The position numbers were made by a program, and so were the translations under genes. Positions 32,088 to 42,242 of a stretch of 64,000 nt of DNA are shown here, in pieces. The stretch is from Nitrospira sp. Its GTDB lineage: Bacteria > Nitrospirota > Nitrospiria > Nitrospirales > Nitrospiraceae. The stretch's first letter is position 1. Every line of letters starts with the position of its first letter. Under the pieces are notes generated by a model. It was not told the DNA's origin and did no database searches. It worked only from the letters and a program-made list of their open reading frames with translations. Location: assembly GCA_005116815.1 (NCBI GenBank), contig SWDR01000002.1, forward strand, positions 10,239-74,238, in the 5' to 3' direction.

Positions 32088-32306
32088 GTGCCGAAAGAAG
32101 ATGTTATTGAAATACAAGGCACGGTGAACGAAACGTTACCGAACGCGATGTTTCGAGTGTCGTTAGATAATGGCCATAAAATTCTTGCACATATATCAGG
32201 AAAAATGCGCATGCATTTTATCCGTATTCTTCCTGGCGATAAGGTGACTGTCGAACTCTCGCCGTACGACTTGACGCGCGGGCGCATCACCTATCGGTTT
32301 AAGTAG
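32088..32306 (+). CDS. infA: Translation initiation factor IF-1
   Basis: [72 protein letters not shown]. Confidence 0.98.
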   Translation: MPKEDVIEIQGTVNETLPNAMFRVSLDNGHKILAHISGKMRMHFIRILPGDKVTVELSPYDLTRGRITYRFK

Positions 32307-32321
32307 GAGCGTGTAACAGAC

Positions 32322-32435
32322 ATGAAAGTGAAATCATCCGTCAAGCCGATTTGTGCCAAATGTAAGGTAGTTCGACGCAAGGGCGTGGTGAGAATTCTCT
32401 GTGAGAATCCACGTCATAAGCAGCGACAAGGGTAA
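32322..32435 (+). CDS. rpmJ: 50S ribosomal protein L36
   Basis: Hand translation gives [37 protein letters not shown]-stop. It is below the ORF-track length cutoff. Canonical position between infA and rpsM. Confidence 0.93.
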   Translation: MKVKSSVKPICAKCKVVRRKGVVRILCENPRHKQRQG

Positions 32436-32572
32436 GGAGCGCCGCAGGGGGACTGAACCGGGCACCTGCTCGCGCCGCGTGGGCCGTTAAGGCTTTCGCA
32501 GGGTGCGCGCATCAGAGCTTGATCAGGTACTCAGCGACGAAGAGTGGAAAGCAGTAATCGTAAGGGGGACGT

Positions 32573-32953
32573 ATGGCACGTATTGCCGGAGTAGATTTAC
32601 CAAAAGACAAGCGGGCGGACATCGGCCTGACCTATGTCTATGGCATCGGGCGGGCGGCCGCAGTCGACATCCTGGGTAAGGCGGGGATCGATGGAGCGAT
32701 TCGAGTGAAGGATTTGAGCGAAGAGCATATCGTCAAGATTCGTGAAATCATTCAGGAGAGTTATCAAGTCGAAGGCGACTTGAGGAAAACCTTCTCGATG
32801 AACATCAAACGATTGATTGATAGCGGTACATACCGGGGGCTGCGCCATCGCAAAGGGTTGCCAGTCCGTGGCCAGCGGACCAAGACGAATGCGCGGACGA
32901 GAAAAGGCCGTCGCTCCGGTGTGGGAAGCAAACCGAAACCGCCTACGCGTTAG
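32573..32953 (+). CDS. rpsM: 30S ribosomal protein S13
   Basis: [24 protein letters not shown]...A..IL......[26 protein letters not shown]. Confidence 0.97.
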   Translation: MARIAGVDLPKDKRADIGLTYVYGIGRAAAVDILGKAGIDGAIRVKDLSEEHIVKIREIIQESYQVEGDLRKTFSMNIKRLIDSGTYRGLRHRKGLPVRGQRTKTNARTRKGRRSGVGSKPKPPTR

Positions 32954-32990
32954 GCGTAGCGCGTGACCGTTACCTGAGTAGGGAGCCTGT

Positions 32991-33374
32991 ATGAGCGTCA
33001 AAAAAGGGAAGAAGAAAGAGCGGCGGATCGTGACGAGCGGAGTGGCCCATGTCCAGGCCTCGTTCAATAACACGATCGTCACCATCACCGACATGAGCGG
33101 AAACACCATCGTGTGGGCCAGCTCAGGAAACCAAGGCTTCAAGGGGTCGCGCAAGAGTACGCCCTTTGCGGCTCAGCGGGCTGGCGAGGCTGCTGCGCGT
33201 AAGGCGATGGAGTGCGGAATGCGGCAAGTGGACGTCTATGTGAATGGGCCGGGGTCCGGACGTGAATCGGCGATTCGGTCTATTCAAGCGGCTGGAATGC
33301 GGATCAATATGATTCGTGATGTGACCCCGATTCCTCACAACGGTTGCCGTCCTCCGAAGCGGCGGCGCGTTTAG
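32991..33374 (+). CDS. rpsK: 30S ribosomal protein S11
   Basis: [47 protein letters not shown]...A. Confidence 0.97.
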   Translation: MSVKKGKKKERRIVTSGVAHVQASFNNTIVTITDMSGNTIVWASSGNQGFKGSRKSTPFAAQRAGEAAARKAMECGMRQVDVYVNGPGSGRESAIRSIQAAGMRINMIRDVTPIPHNGCRPPKRRRV

Positions 33375-33455
33375 TGAGGAATGTCGGAAGAATCGAATAC
33401 ACGAGAATTGTTGGGCGCACCCACGTGGTGATGTCCGGTAACCGGAGGTAGAGCA

Positions 33456-34082
33456 GTGGCAAAGTATCGCGGTCCCGTCTGTCGGTTGTGTCGTCGAGAG
33501 GGTGAGAAGCTGTTTCTGAAAGGCTCACGCTGTATGACGGAAAAATGCGCCATCGAGCGTCGCGCCTATCCTCCAGGACAACATGGGCAAAAGCGTCCGA
33601 GGAACTCGGAGTACAGCACCCAGCTCAGAGAAAAACAGAAGTTGCGCAGAATTTATGGTCTGATGGAATGCCAATTCCGCGGTGTCTTTGAGAAGGCGGA
33701 ACGCCAAACTGGCATTACCGGTGAAGTGCTGTTGCGATTGCTGGAGTGCCGCTTGGACAATGTGGCCTATCGATTAGGGTTTGGCGCTTCGCGAAAAGAA
33801 GCCAGACAACTCGTGAGCCACGGGCATTTAACCATGAATGGCCGGAAAATCAATGTGCCAGGCGCTCAGGTTAAGGCTGGCGATATCATCAGCATTCGCG
33901 AGCGAAGCCGCACGCTGATCTCGATCCAGGCTGCCTTAGAGGCGGTAGATGGCCGAGGCATTCCAGAGTGGTTAGAGCTCGACAAGACGGCATTTAAAGG
34001 TGTGGTCCGTGCGTTGCCGTCCAAGGATCAGATTACACTGCCGGTCAACGAACAGATGGTGGTGGAGTTGTATTCCAGGTAG
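33456..34082 (+). CDS. rpsD: 30S ribosomal protein S4
   Basis: GTG start; MAKYRGPVCRLCRREGEKLFLKG.RC; S4 domain LDNVAYRLGF..SR.EARQLV.HGH. Confidence 0.97.
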   Translation: MAKYRGPVCRLCRREGEKLFLKGSRCMTEKCAIERRAYPPGQHGQKRPRNSEYSTQLREKQKLRRIYGLMECQFRGVFEKAERQTGITGEVLLRLLECRLDNVAYRLGFGASRKEARQLVSHGHLTMNGRKINVPGAQVKAGDIISIRERSRTLISIQAALEAVDGRGIPEWLELDKTAFKGVVRALPSKDQITLPVNEQMVVELYSR

Positions 34083-34167
34083 GTGCGGATTTGTGGACGG
34101 GTTTAGCTCTCTGCGGTGCGCTGGTGCCGTTCAGTGGCTGTCTACTCGATGAGATGAAGGGGGAGTC

Positions 34168-35169
34168 ATGATTAAAGCGATGAAGGACTTTCAGATCCCG
34201 ATGCGGGTGGAAGTCGACAAGGATACTCAGACCCAAACGTTCGGCAGGTTTACGACCGAGGCCTATGAGCGCGGGTTTGGCACGACTGTGGGTAATGCCT
34301 TGCGACGTGTGCTGTTATCGTCGCTGACCGGTGCGGCGGTGACCACTGTGAAGATCGAAGGGGTGTTGCACGAGTTCTCCACGATCCCTGGTATTACAGA
34401 GGATGTGACCTCTATTATTCTGAACGTCAAAGGGTTGCGGCTTGCGGTGCATACCGATAAGCCTAAGACATTGCGTCTCAAGAAAAAGGGTCCAGGAGAA
34501 GCCAAAGGATCTGACATTATTCATGATGCAGATGTGACCATCTTGACCCCGAATCTGCATATTGCAACTTTGGACAAAGATGCTGTGTTCGATATGGAGA
34601 TGACGGTCAAGCATGGCCGTGGGTACGTGCCTGCTGAGCGAAACAAGGAAGAGGGATTGCCCATCGGTGTCATCGCCATCGACTCCGTGTTTTCGCCCAT
34701 CAAACGCGTGAACTTTCATGTGGAAAATGCTCGTGTCGGTCGCATGACCGATTATGATAAGCTGACTCTGGAAATCTGGACTGACGGAACGATCTCTCCT
34801 CGTGATGCGTTATCCACTGCGGCCGGCATCATGCGCGATCACGTCGATATCTTTATCAATCCCGATGAGCGAGTCGAAGGGCGCGCTGATTTAGGGAGCG
34901 ATGAAGCTCAACGTGAAGTGAATAAGCATCTCTTCCGCAGTGTGAACGAGCTGGAGTTGTCGGTTCGTGCCGCGAATTGCTTGAAGAACGCGAACATCAA
35001 GACTATCGCCGATTTGGTCCAGAAGAGCGAAGGGGAGATGTTGCGTACGAAGAACTTCGGCAAGAAGTCACTCAATGAAATTAAGGAAATCCTGACGGAA
35101 ATGGGCTTGGGGCTCGGCGTCAAGCTGGATGCGGTGCAGCCCATTAGCGGTAATCCGAAGAGCGAGTAA
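34168..35169 (+). CDS. rpoA: RNA polymerase alpha subunit
   Basis: [34 protein letters not shown]; C-terminal domain [22 protein letters not shown]. Confidence 0.97.
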   Translation: MIKAMKDFQIPMRVEVDKDTQTQTFGRFTTEAYERGFGTTVGNALRRVLLSSLTGAAVTTVKIEGVLHEFSTIPGITEDVTSIILNVKGLRLAVHTDKPKTLRLKKKGPGEAKGSDIIHDADVTILTPNLHIATLDKDAVFDMEMTVKHGRGYVPAERNKEEGLPIGVIAIDSVFSPIKRVNFHVENARVGRMTDYDKLTLEIWTDGTISPRDALSTAAGIMRDHVDIFINPDERVEGRADLGSDEAQREVNKHLFRSVNELELSVRAANCLKNANIKTIADLVQKSEGEMLRTKNFGKKSLNEIKEILTEMGLGLGVKLDAVQPISGNPKSE

Positions 35170-35187
35170 CGAAACAAGAGGCAACCC

Positions 35188-35610
35188 GTGCGTCATAGAA
35201 AAAATGGCAGACAGCTTGGACGTAAGACGAAACATCGATGGGCCCTGTTCCGGAGTCTCGTAACGTCGCTCCTTGAACATGAACGTATCGAGACGACTGA
35301 GGCGAAGGCGAAGGAAATTCGAGGGTTCACGGACCGGATGATTACCCTCGGCAAGGAAGGGTCATTGCCGGCTCGTCGGCAAGCGCTGGCCTTTATTCGC
35401 AGCAAGGACGTCGTGTCAAAATTGTTCAGCGATGTTGCGGTTCGGTTTAAGGACCGTACCGGCGGCTATACGAGGACGATCAAGACGAGACGGCGCATTG
35501 GCGATGCGGCCAAGATGGTTGCGATCGAACTTGTCACACGTCTAGAAGTATCGACCGTGAAGAGTGAAGTGCCTGCAGTTGCAGCTCCTGCGAGTCCCAC
35601 TGCCGACTAG
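35188..35610 (+). CDS. rplQ: 50S ribosomal protein L17
   Basis: GTG start; [43 protein letters not shown]. Confidence 0.96.
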   Translation: MRHRKNGRQLGRKTKHRWALFRSLVTSLLEHERIETTEAKAKEIRGFTDRMITLGKEGSLPARRQALAFIRSKDVVSKLFSDVAVRFKDRTGGYTRTIKTRRRIGDAAKMVAIELVTRLEVSTVKSEVPAVAAPASPTAD

Positions 35611-35706
35611 GTCTCCAGTCGAGGAGATCTAGTCGCGCGTGCGACGTCGCCCTGTTGTTTCAACGAATCTCCTCTCCCGCTATCCTCATCTTTACCAAGT
35701 GAACTT

Positions 35707-35741
35707 ATGCCGCGGTGGCGGCATGAGTTTACTTGGTTTTT
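35707..35741 (+). terminator. Possible intrinsic terminator of the alpha operon
   Basis: ATGCCGC-GGTG-GCGGCAT (7-bp stem) followed by an interrupted T-rich run (GAGTTTACTTGGTTTTT). Confidence 0.3.
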
Positions 35742-35801
35742 CTCCCATGCTACTATCGTGCCAGTCGAATCTTTGTGAGTTAAGAAGGAAGCACATAAAA
35801 A

Positions 35802-36374
35802 GTGTGGCAACGTGTAATACGGCGCGGTTTGTTAGCGCTGAGTGGGGTGCTGGCCTGTTTTCTGGTCTATCTGCTCATGACGCATTCGACCGCAGTATCG
35901 ACCCCGACGGCAACGGCGCCTGGTTCCATGGACGCTGCTGATGCAACGATCTCCAATTTTACCTTTACTCAAACAAAAGGCGATGCGGTGCAGTGGCAGG
36001 TGCAGGCGCACGAGGCTCGGCTGTTTGAGCGAGACAGGCGGGCGATGCTTCAGGTCGTCGCCGTCACGCTATTTGGCCGGCTGGGGAAGGAATTGACGGT
36101 GACGGGAGATGAAGGGGTTCTGAATACGGAGACGAAGAATTTTCTGCTCTCTAACCGCTCAGAGCCACTTGTGATTCATACCGAGAGCGGGTATGTGATC
36201 TATACCAATCATCTTGCTTGGACGGATGAGACCAGAGAAATACATACGCAGGACGCGGTTCGTATCGTGGGGCATGGCTTAGAGGTCACTGGACGAGGGT
36301 TGATTGGACATTTGGACAGAGAAGAGTTTGACGTACTTGAGGACGTACATGTGGATTTGGCTCCTGCTTCTTAA
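35802..36374 (+). CDS. lptC: LPS export protein LptC-like
   Basis: N-terminal TM anchor then a beta-jellyroll-like sequence. Immediately precedes lptA-lptB-rpoN, the conserved order. Confidence 0.65.
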   Translation: MWQRVIRRGLLALSGVLACFLVYLLMTHSTAVSTPTATAPGSMDAADATISNFTFTQTKGDAVQWQVQAHEARLFERDRRAMLQVVAVTLFGRLGKELTVTGDEGVLNTETKNFLLSNRSEPLVIHTESGYVIYTNHLAWTDETREIHTQDAVRIVGHGLEVTGRGLIGHLDREEFDVLEDVHVDLAPAS

Positions 36375-36930
36375 TGTGTGCCTGTTTGGCATCGCTTCGG
36401 TGAGAGGGTCGGCTGATGCCGCTCTGCCTCACGGCGGCGCCGAGCAGGCGGTTAGTACGACTATTACGGCTAAGAAAATGACCGTGAAAAATCAGGATAG
36501 CCAAGCGGTCTTTGAGGGATCGGTTGTGCTGACTCGTGGGTCGCTGGTTGTCTATTCCGATCGTATGGTGGTGATGTTTCGCGCGCAGGAGGCTCCCGCG
36601 AGTGATGACCGGAAGGGGCGTGAAGCGGTAAAGGGCGCTGTGTCTTCAAAAGGGCCCGATGCTGTACCGGCCGTGTCGAATCGTTCGGTCAATCAGATTG
36701 AGGCGACTGGACGGGTCAAAATCGAAAAGGATTCAGGGAGTGCGACCTGTGAGAAAGCGATCTATTATCATGATGGAGATAAGATCGTGCTGACTGGCAA
36801 CCCGGTGGCTTGGGAGAAGGGGACGCGAGTCAGTGGTAAGCAAATCACGATGTTTTTAGCGGAAGATCGGAGTGTGGTGGAAGGTGGGTCGCATGTGCGG
36901 ATCGAGCCGGATGAGGGGGGCGCCAAGTGA
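36349..36930 (+). CDS. lptA: LPS transport periplasmic protein LptA (OstA-like)
   Basis: Signal MWIWLLLLNVCLFGIASVRGSADA. TITAKKMTV......AVFEGSVVLT...IEATGRVKI......A.CEKAIYY....KIVLTGNP (OstA_N pattern). Confidence 0.75.
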   Translation: MWIWLLLLNVCLFGIASVRGSADAALPHGGAEQAVSTTITAKKMTVKNQDSQAVFEGSVVLTRGSLVVYSDRMVVMFRAQEAPASDDRKGREAVKGAVSSKGPDAVPAVSNRSVNQIEATGRVKIEKDSGSATCEKAIYYHDGDKIVLTGNPVAWEKGTRVSGKQITMFLAEDRSVVEGGSHVRIEPDEGGAK

Positions 36931-37709
36931 TGGAGTTGGCGCAGGGGAATGCGGCATCAGCCGACTCATCGGTGAGCGGCATGAACATTATGGGTTTGCG
37001 CGCAAGAGGGCTGGTGAAGAGCTTTCGGGCACGCAAAGTCGTGAAAGGCGTCTCGATTGAAGTGCTTGCAGGGGAAGTTGTGGGGTTACTTGGCCCTAAC
37101 GGAGCCGGCAAGACGACCATTTTCGATATGATTGTGGGTTTGGGGCAGCCAGATGAAGGAACGATTTCACTTGGCGATGAGGTGATCACCGACCTGCCCA
37201 TGTATAGACGTGCCAGAAAGGGAATTGGGTACCTTCCTCAAGAGTCGTCGGTGTTCCGGCGCTTGTCGGTTGAGGATAATATTCTGGCAATTCTTGAGAT
37301 GCTGGACTACTCTCGGGCAGAGCGTCGTGAACGGGTCGATGCCCTACTGAAAGAATTGGACCTGGGCCATATCAGAACCAGCATGGCCTATGCCTTGTCC
37401 GGTGGTGAACGTCGACGGTTGGAAATTACCAGGGCGCTTGCGACGAACCCTTTATTTATGTTGCTGGATGAGCCCTTTGCAGGGATCGACCCGATTGCCG
37501 TGGCGGATATCCAACAAATTATTACCCGCTTGAAAGAAAAAGGCATCGGCATTTTGATTACCGATCATAATGTCCAAGAGACGCTGTCTATTACTGACCG
37601 GGCCTACATCATCAATGAAGGGCTGATCCTCGAAGCCGGGTCTCCAGAGACCATCGTGAAAAGTGAGAGGGCGCGGGCCATCTATTTAGGTGATCGATTC
37701 AAGTTGTAA
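36927..37709 (+). CDS. lptB: LPS export ABC transporter ATPase LptB
   Basis: GLLGPNGAGKTT, LSGGERRRLEITRAL, LLDEPFAGIDP. The start may instead be the ATG at 36981. Confidence 0.9.
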   Translation: MMELAQGNAASADSSVSGMNIMGLRARGLVKSFRARKVVKGVSIEVLAGEVVGLLGPNGAGKTTIFDMIVGLGQPDEGTISLGDEVITDLPMYRRARKGIGYLPQESSVFRRLSVEDNILAILEMLDYSRAERRERVDALLKELDLGHIRTSMAYALSGGERRRLEITRALATNPLFMLLDEPFAGIDPIAVADIQQIITRLKEKGIGILITDHNVQETLSITDRAYIINEGLILEAGSPETIVKSERARAIYLGDRFKL

Positions 37710-37728
37710 CGAGTGAGAGTGTGTCTCT

Positions 37729-39240
37729 ATGAAGCTCAGGCTCGATCTTAGGCTTAGTCAAAAGCTCATCATGACCCCGCAGTTGCAGCAAGCTATTAAA
37801 CTGCTGCAACTGTCTCGTCTTGAGCTCCAGCAGAGCTTGACTCAACATTTGATGGAAAACCCTCTTCTGGAGGAGCTCCCAACCGAGGCGGATGACAGCG
37901 AGGCTGGGACTGCTGAGGAAAAGACAGAAGATGCGGCGGTGGCAGCAAATAGCGAATCGCCGGATGCAGAGCAGTCGAGCGTAGAGGAGCGCGATACGCC
38001 GGATGAGGCCTCGGCAGCTGGGTGGGAAGAATACTTTGGTAGTGATCGTAGGATCGGAGGGTCTGAGTCCCAGTCGCCCTCTCAGGATGAGTTCCCATCC
38101 TATGAGCAAACCATGGCGAAAGCGACTTCCTTGGAGGACCATCTCCTGTGGCAGCTGTCTTTTTCAGGGTTGTCGGATCGTGACAAAGCGATCGGACGGT
38201 CCATCATCGGAAATCTTGACGATGATGGCTACTTGCGTATGTCGCTGGACGAAATGGTCAGCGGGACCGACTTCACTCCGGTCGAAGCGGAATCAGTTCT
38301 AAAAGATATTCAGAGTTTCGATCCGACTGGTGTGGCAGCCAGAGATCTGTCGGAATGCCTGCTTTTGCAAATCGGACATTTGGGAAAGAGTCCCATGGGA
38401 TCGTTGGGAGCTCGGCCTGGCGCACTGAAGGGGTCGATTGTAGAAGCCATTGTCCAGCACCATCTCAAAGATCTGGAGAAACGGCAGTATGCGAGGATCG
38501 CAAAAGCGTTAGACGTTACGGTGGAAGAGGTCTTTCAGGCGACGAAGGTCATCGAAGTGCTTGAGCCGAAGCCGGGTCGTCCCTTTATCAATACCCAAAA
38601 TTATGTGATTGTCCCGGATGTATTCGTCGTCAAAAATGAAGGGGAGTGGGTGGTGGTCCTCAATGATGATGGACTGCCTCGCATGCGGATCAGTCCCTAC
38701 TATAAGCAGTTGATGGGGGCGGGTGAGAGTGGGTCGGCAGAGACAAAAGCCTATCTGGATGAGAAACTGCGAGCGGCACAATGGGTCATTCGGAGTATCG
38801 AACAGCGGAATAAGACGATTGTGAAGGTCGTGTCGAGTATCGTAAAGTTTCAGGAGCAATTCTTTGAAAAAGGCGTGCAGTATCTTAAGCCGCTGGTACT
38901 TAAGCAGGTGGCTGAGGATATTGGGATGCACGAATCGACGATCAGCCGTGTGACGGCGAACAAATATATGTATTGTCCGCAGGGCATGCTGGAGCTGAAG
39001 TTTTTCTTCAATGCGGGCCTGCAGCGAGCGGATCAGCCGTCCGACATGATGTCGTCCGTCACGGTGAGAGAGATGATCAGGGTCATGGTGGCGGAGGAAG
39101 ATCCAGGTCACCCCCTCAAAGATGAAGAGATCGCGGCCAGGCTGCTCACGAAGCAAGTGGTGATCGCACGACGGACGGTGGCGAAGTACCGGGCGGAAGA
39201 ACATATTCCCTCGGCAACCCAGCGTAAGCGGTTTTTTTAA
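37729..39240 (+). CDS. rpoN: RNA polymerase sigma-54 factor
   Basis: MKLRLDLRLSQKLIMTPQLQQAIKLLQLSRLEL (region I), acidic region II, and an RpoN box ARRTVAKYR near the C-terminus. Confidence 0.96.
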   Translation: MKLRLDLRLSQKLIMTPQLQQAIKLLQLSRLELQQSLTQHLMENPLLEELPTEADDSEAGTAEEKTEDAAVAANSESPDAEQSSVEERDTPDEASAAGWEEYFGSDRRIGGSESQSPSQDEFPSYEQTMAKATSLEDHLLWQLSFSGLSDRDKAIGRSIIGNLDDDGYLRMSLDEMVSGTDFTPVEAESVLKDIQSFDPTGVAARDLSECLLLQIGHLGKSPMGSLGARPGALKGSIVEAIVQHHLKDLEKRQYARIAKALDVTVEEVFQATKVIEVLEPKPGRPFINTQNYVIVPDVFVVKNEGEWVVVLNDDGLPRMRISPYYKQLMGAGESGSAETKAYLDEKLRAAQWVIRSIEQRNKTIVKVVSSIVKFQEQFFEKGVQYLKPLVLKQVAEDIGMHESTISRVTANKYMYCPQGMLELKFFFNAGLQRADQPSDMMSSVTVREMIRVMVAEEDPGHPLKDEEIAARLLTKQVVIARRTVAKYRAEEHIPSATQRKRFF

Positions 39241-39376
39241 GCCTATTGTGTTCAGCCTCGAGCGCGTTCCCACCGCGTATCTGTTATTCCCTCTGATGTG
39301 ATGGCGGTTTGCGTTTATCCATATCTTTGAGTGCCAGCGCTGGCCGAGGCCAGTGAGAATGAAAGGATCCATGCCG

Positions 39377-39895
39377 ATGAAAATTACAGGTCGACATCTC
39401 GTGGTGACGGCAGCTCTCAGGGCGCATGTAGAAAGCCGGTTTGAGCGGCTGGAGCGATATGACCTGAAGCTGAGCCATCTGGAAGTGATTCTGAGTGTGA
39501 GCAAGCTTCAGCATGCAGCGGAGGTGGTCTGTACGGTGCAGGGGCGGCGGATTCAGGCAAAAGCTTCGACGTCAGAAATGTATGCAACGATCGATCAACT
39601 GGTGGATCGGCTGGATGTGCAGCTTCGAAAGCTCAAGGAGCGTCAGGTCGATCATAAGGCGCCGACCAAGAAGTCGGCGCGGAAAATTCTACGGCCGGCG
39701 CTGCCCAAGGAGGAGCCCGGGCCTGAAATTGAGGTGGTTCGTCCGGCTCGGATTGTGATCACCTTGAAAGAGGCGACGCGCCGGCTGGATCCTCTGCCTG
39801 GTTCGTTGCTGGTGTTCACCGAACGATCCTCAGGGAAGTTACAGATTCTTCAGCGTGTTGGTCGCGATCAAGTCGTGCTCATCGATCTTTCGTAA
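39377..39895 (+). CDS. hpf: Ribosome hibernation-promoting factor (long form)
   Basis: MKITGRHLVVTAALRAHVESRFERLERY plus a C-terminal dimerisation-like domain. The start may be one of the upstream in-frame ATGs (39353-39371). Confidence 0.88.
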   Translation: MKITGRHLVVTAALRAHVESRFERLERYDLKLSHLEVILSVSKLQHAAEVVCTVQGRRIQAKASTSEMYATIDQLVDRLDVQLRKLKERQVDHKAPTKKSARKILRPALPKEEPGPEIEVVRPARIVITLKEATRRLDPLPGSLLVFTERSSGKLQILQRVGRDQVVLIDLS

Positions 39896-39908
39896 GGGGT
39901 AGGTCTGT

Positions 39909-40775
39909 ATGGCCGGACTCAAATTAGTGGTGGTCAGCGGTCTTTCTGGCTCAGGGAAGTCGCACGCCCTCAAGTGTTTCGAAGATGTCGGGTACTTTTG
40001 CGTCGATAATTTACCTCCGGCGCTTCTGCCGACGTTTGTCGAGTTGTGCCATCAGCAGGGGGGGGAGATTAAGAACGTCGCGCTCGGCATCGATGTTAGG
40101 GAGCGCGTGTTTTTCTCCGATCTCGTCGGTATTCTTGAGCGGGTCAAAGTACTTGGCCATTCGGTTGAGCTCATGTTTTTTGAGGCACGCGAAGAGGTGC
40201 TGGTGCGGCGTTTCTCAGAGTCCAGACGGCCCCATCCACTCCTGCCGCATCTTCCGGTGTTGGAAGGTGTTCGTTTTGAAAAAGAACGACTCGCGGAGCT
40301 GCGCCGCCATGCCGACCGCATTATTGATACCTCCGATTTGACGGTGCATGAACTGCGAGAGCTACTGGCCAGGCGGTTCGGACAGGAGGGGACGCCGCGC
40401 CGGCTGACGATTTCGCTGGTGACGTTCGGCTTCAAGTTCGGTGTGCCCTACGACATTGATCTTTTGTTCGATGTCCGGTTCTTGCGGAATCCGTTTTTTG
40501 TTCCTGACCTCAAGCCATTGACCGGGGAAGATCCTCGCGTGCGGAACTATGTACTGACCGATCCGGACGCTGTTGCGTTCATCGGGCAGCTTGAAGGCCT
40601 CTTTAAGTTTCTGATCCCCCTCTTCGAGCGAGAACGTCGCAGCTATGTGAACGTTGGGATTGGTTGCACTGGCGGCCGTCATCGGTCTGTGGCTATTGCC
40701 GGACGGCTGCAGGAAAGCTTTGCCGCATTTGGATATCAAGTGACCATTGCCCACCGCGATCTCAATAAGCAGTAA
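39909..40775 (+). CDS. rapZ: RNase adapter protein RapZ (P-loop NTPase YhbJ family)
   Basis: VVSGLSGSGKSHALKCFEDVGYFCVDNLP...GCTGGRHRSVA. Confidence 0.93.
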   Translation: MAGLKLVVVSGLSGSGKSHALKCFEDVGYFCVDNLPPALLPTFVELCHQQGGEIKNVALGIDVRERVFFSDLVGILERVKVLGHSVELMFFEAREEVLVRRFSESRRPHPLLPHLPVLEGVRFEKERLAELRRHADRIIDTSDLTVHELRELLARRFGQEGTPRRLTISLVTFGFKFGVPYDIDLLFDVRFLRNPFFVPDLKPLTGEDPRVRNYVLTDPDAVAFIGQLEGLFKFLIPLFERERRSYVNVGIGCTGGRHRSVAIAGRLQESFAAFGYQVTIAHRDLNKQ

Positions 40776-40855
40776 CCCTCTCCAGCATTATTAGACCTCA
40801 CTTCCAAGCTTCCACGGGTGCTTTTTCTACTCTCATGTCTCTAAAAGTCATTTGC

Positions 40856-40883
40856 TTGACAGGTAGAGCATATGGACTATACT
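40856..40883 (+). promoter_or_regulatory. Strong sigma70-type promoter, 240 nt upstream of pilM
   Basis: TTGACA (40856-40861), 16 nt spacer, TATACT (40878-40883), in a low-GC spacer. Confidence 0.4.
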
Positions 40884-41123
40884 TAGCCTGTGCCCGAAGA
40901 GAATCACCAGTAGGCAGGCATGGATCGGGCATTAGGTGAAGAGGCCGTTGCTGTCCAGTAAGTAGCCATAACGTGCAGCTGTCATATGTTTGACAGTCAC
41001 GATTGCTAGAGAGAGTCACGTTATGCGATGTCCTGAGCCATGTTCGAATATGAATGATGGTCGATACAATCCCTGCATGAGTATGTGTTTTTCAGGGGTA
41101 GCCCTATACATTCAGAGGCATCA

Positions 41124-42242
41124 ATGTTGAGTTCATTTACATCATTCAAGGGTCTTGCGGAAACCGATCTGTTCACGATGTTCACCCCCAAGCGGCAGCT
41201 TGTGGGCCTGGATATTGGGTCGAGCGGTATCAAGCTCGTTCAATTGAAGGAAAGCCGAGGACGCTTCATTCTCCAGAAGTTTGGGTTTAAAGCGCTTGAA
41301 CCGGAAGTGATTGTCGATGGTACGGTGATGGACGAGGGGCGGGTGGTATCGGCGATCAAGGAATTGTTCGAGGAAACGAATGTCAAGGTAAAGCAGGTTG
41401 CGGTGTCAATTTCAGGCCATGCCGTCATCATTAAAAAGATCAGTCTTCCTCCAATGCCCGATGAGGAGCTGGAGGGACAGGTGAGACTGGCGGCGGAACA
41501 ATATATTCCGTTCGATATCAATGAGGTGAACATCGATTTCAGTGTGTTGCCTTCTCCTGAGGCTTCTGGCGATGCGCAAGGCGAGATGTCGATCATTCTT
41601 GTTGCAGCCAAGAAGGATAAGATCAATGAATTGACCGAACTTGTCAAAGGGGCCGGGTTGTTTCCTCTGGTCATGGATGTGGATGCTTTTGCGATCGAAA
41701 ACATGCATGGGATCAACTATCCCGTTTCGCAGGAGGATACGACGGCGCTCGTGAATATTGGCGCGAGCGTCATGAATATCAACATTGTTCGAGGCGGTAC
41801 GTCGTTATTTACACGTGATATTCCCATCGGAGGGAATCGTTATACGGAAGCGATTCAACGAGAAATGGGTATGTCCTACGAAGAGGCAGAAGAAACGAAA
41901 AAAGGTGAGCGCTCGGCTGGGAGTAATCAGGCTGCCGTGACCACGGTTATCGATAGTGTGAATGCTGAGGTTGCATCTGAGATCGCCCGAACCATCGACT
42001 ATTTCAAGTCGACCTTGGCAGATGCGGATGTACAGCATGTCCTCTTGTGTGGAGGGGGCGCTCAGGTCAAGGGTTTGGTCGTACAACTGAAAGATCGTAT
42101 GCAGGCCGATGTCGAGGTCGCCAATCCGTTTAGTGAAATCGATACCTCGGGAAGCGATTTTGATCAGGACGCGTTGGCTGCACTGGCACCGTTAGCTGCT
42201 GTGGGGGTTGGCTTGGCCCTTAGATCGGTAGGCGACCGATGA
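41124..42242 (+). CDS. pilM: Type IV pilus assembly protein PilM
   Basis: LVGLDIGSSGIKLVQL (actin-like ATPase fold), ~372 aa. Stop overlaps the pilN start (ATGA). Confidence 0.9.
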   Translation: MLSSFTSFKGLAETDLFTMFTPKRQLVGLDIGSSGIKLVQLKESRGRFILQKFGFKALEPEVIVDGTVMDEGRVVSAIKELFEETNVKVKQVAVSISGHAVIIKKISLPPMPDEELEGQVRLAAEQYIPFDINEVNIDFSVLPSPEASGDAQGEMSIILVAAKKDKINELTELVKGAGLFPLVMDVDAFAIENMHGINYPVSQEDTTALVNIGASVMNINIVRGGTSLFTRDIPIGGNRYTEAIQREMGMSYEEAEETKKGERSAGSNQAAVTTVIDSVNAEVASEIARTIDYFKSTLADADVQHVLLCGGGAQVKGLVVQLKDRMQADVEVANPFSEIDTSGSDFDQDALAALAPLAAVGVGLALRSVGDR

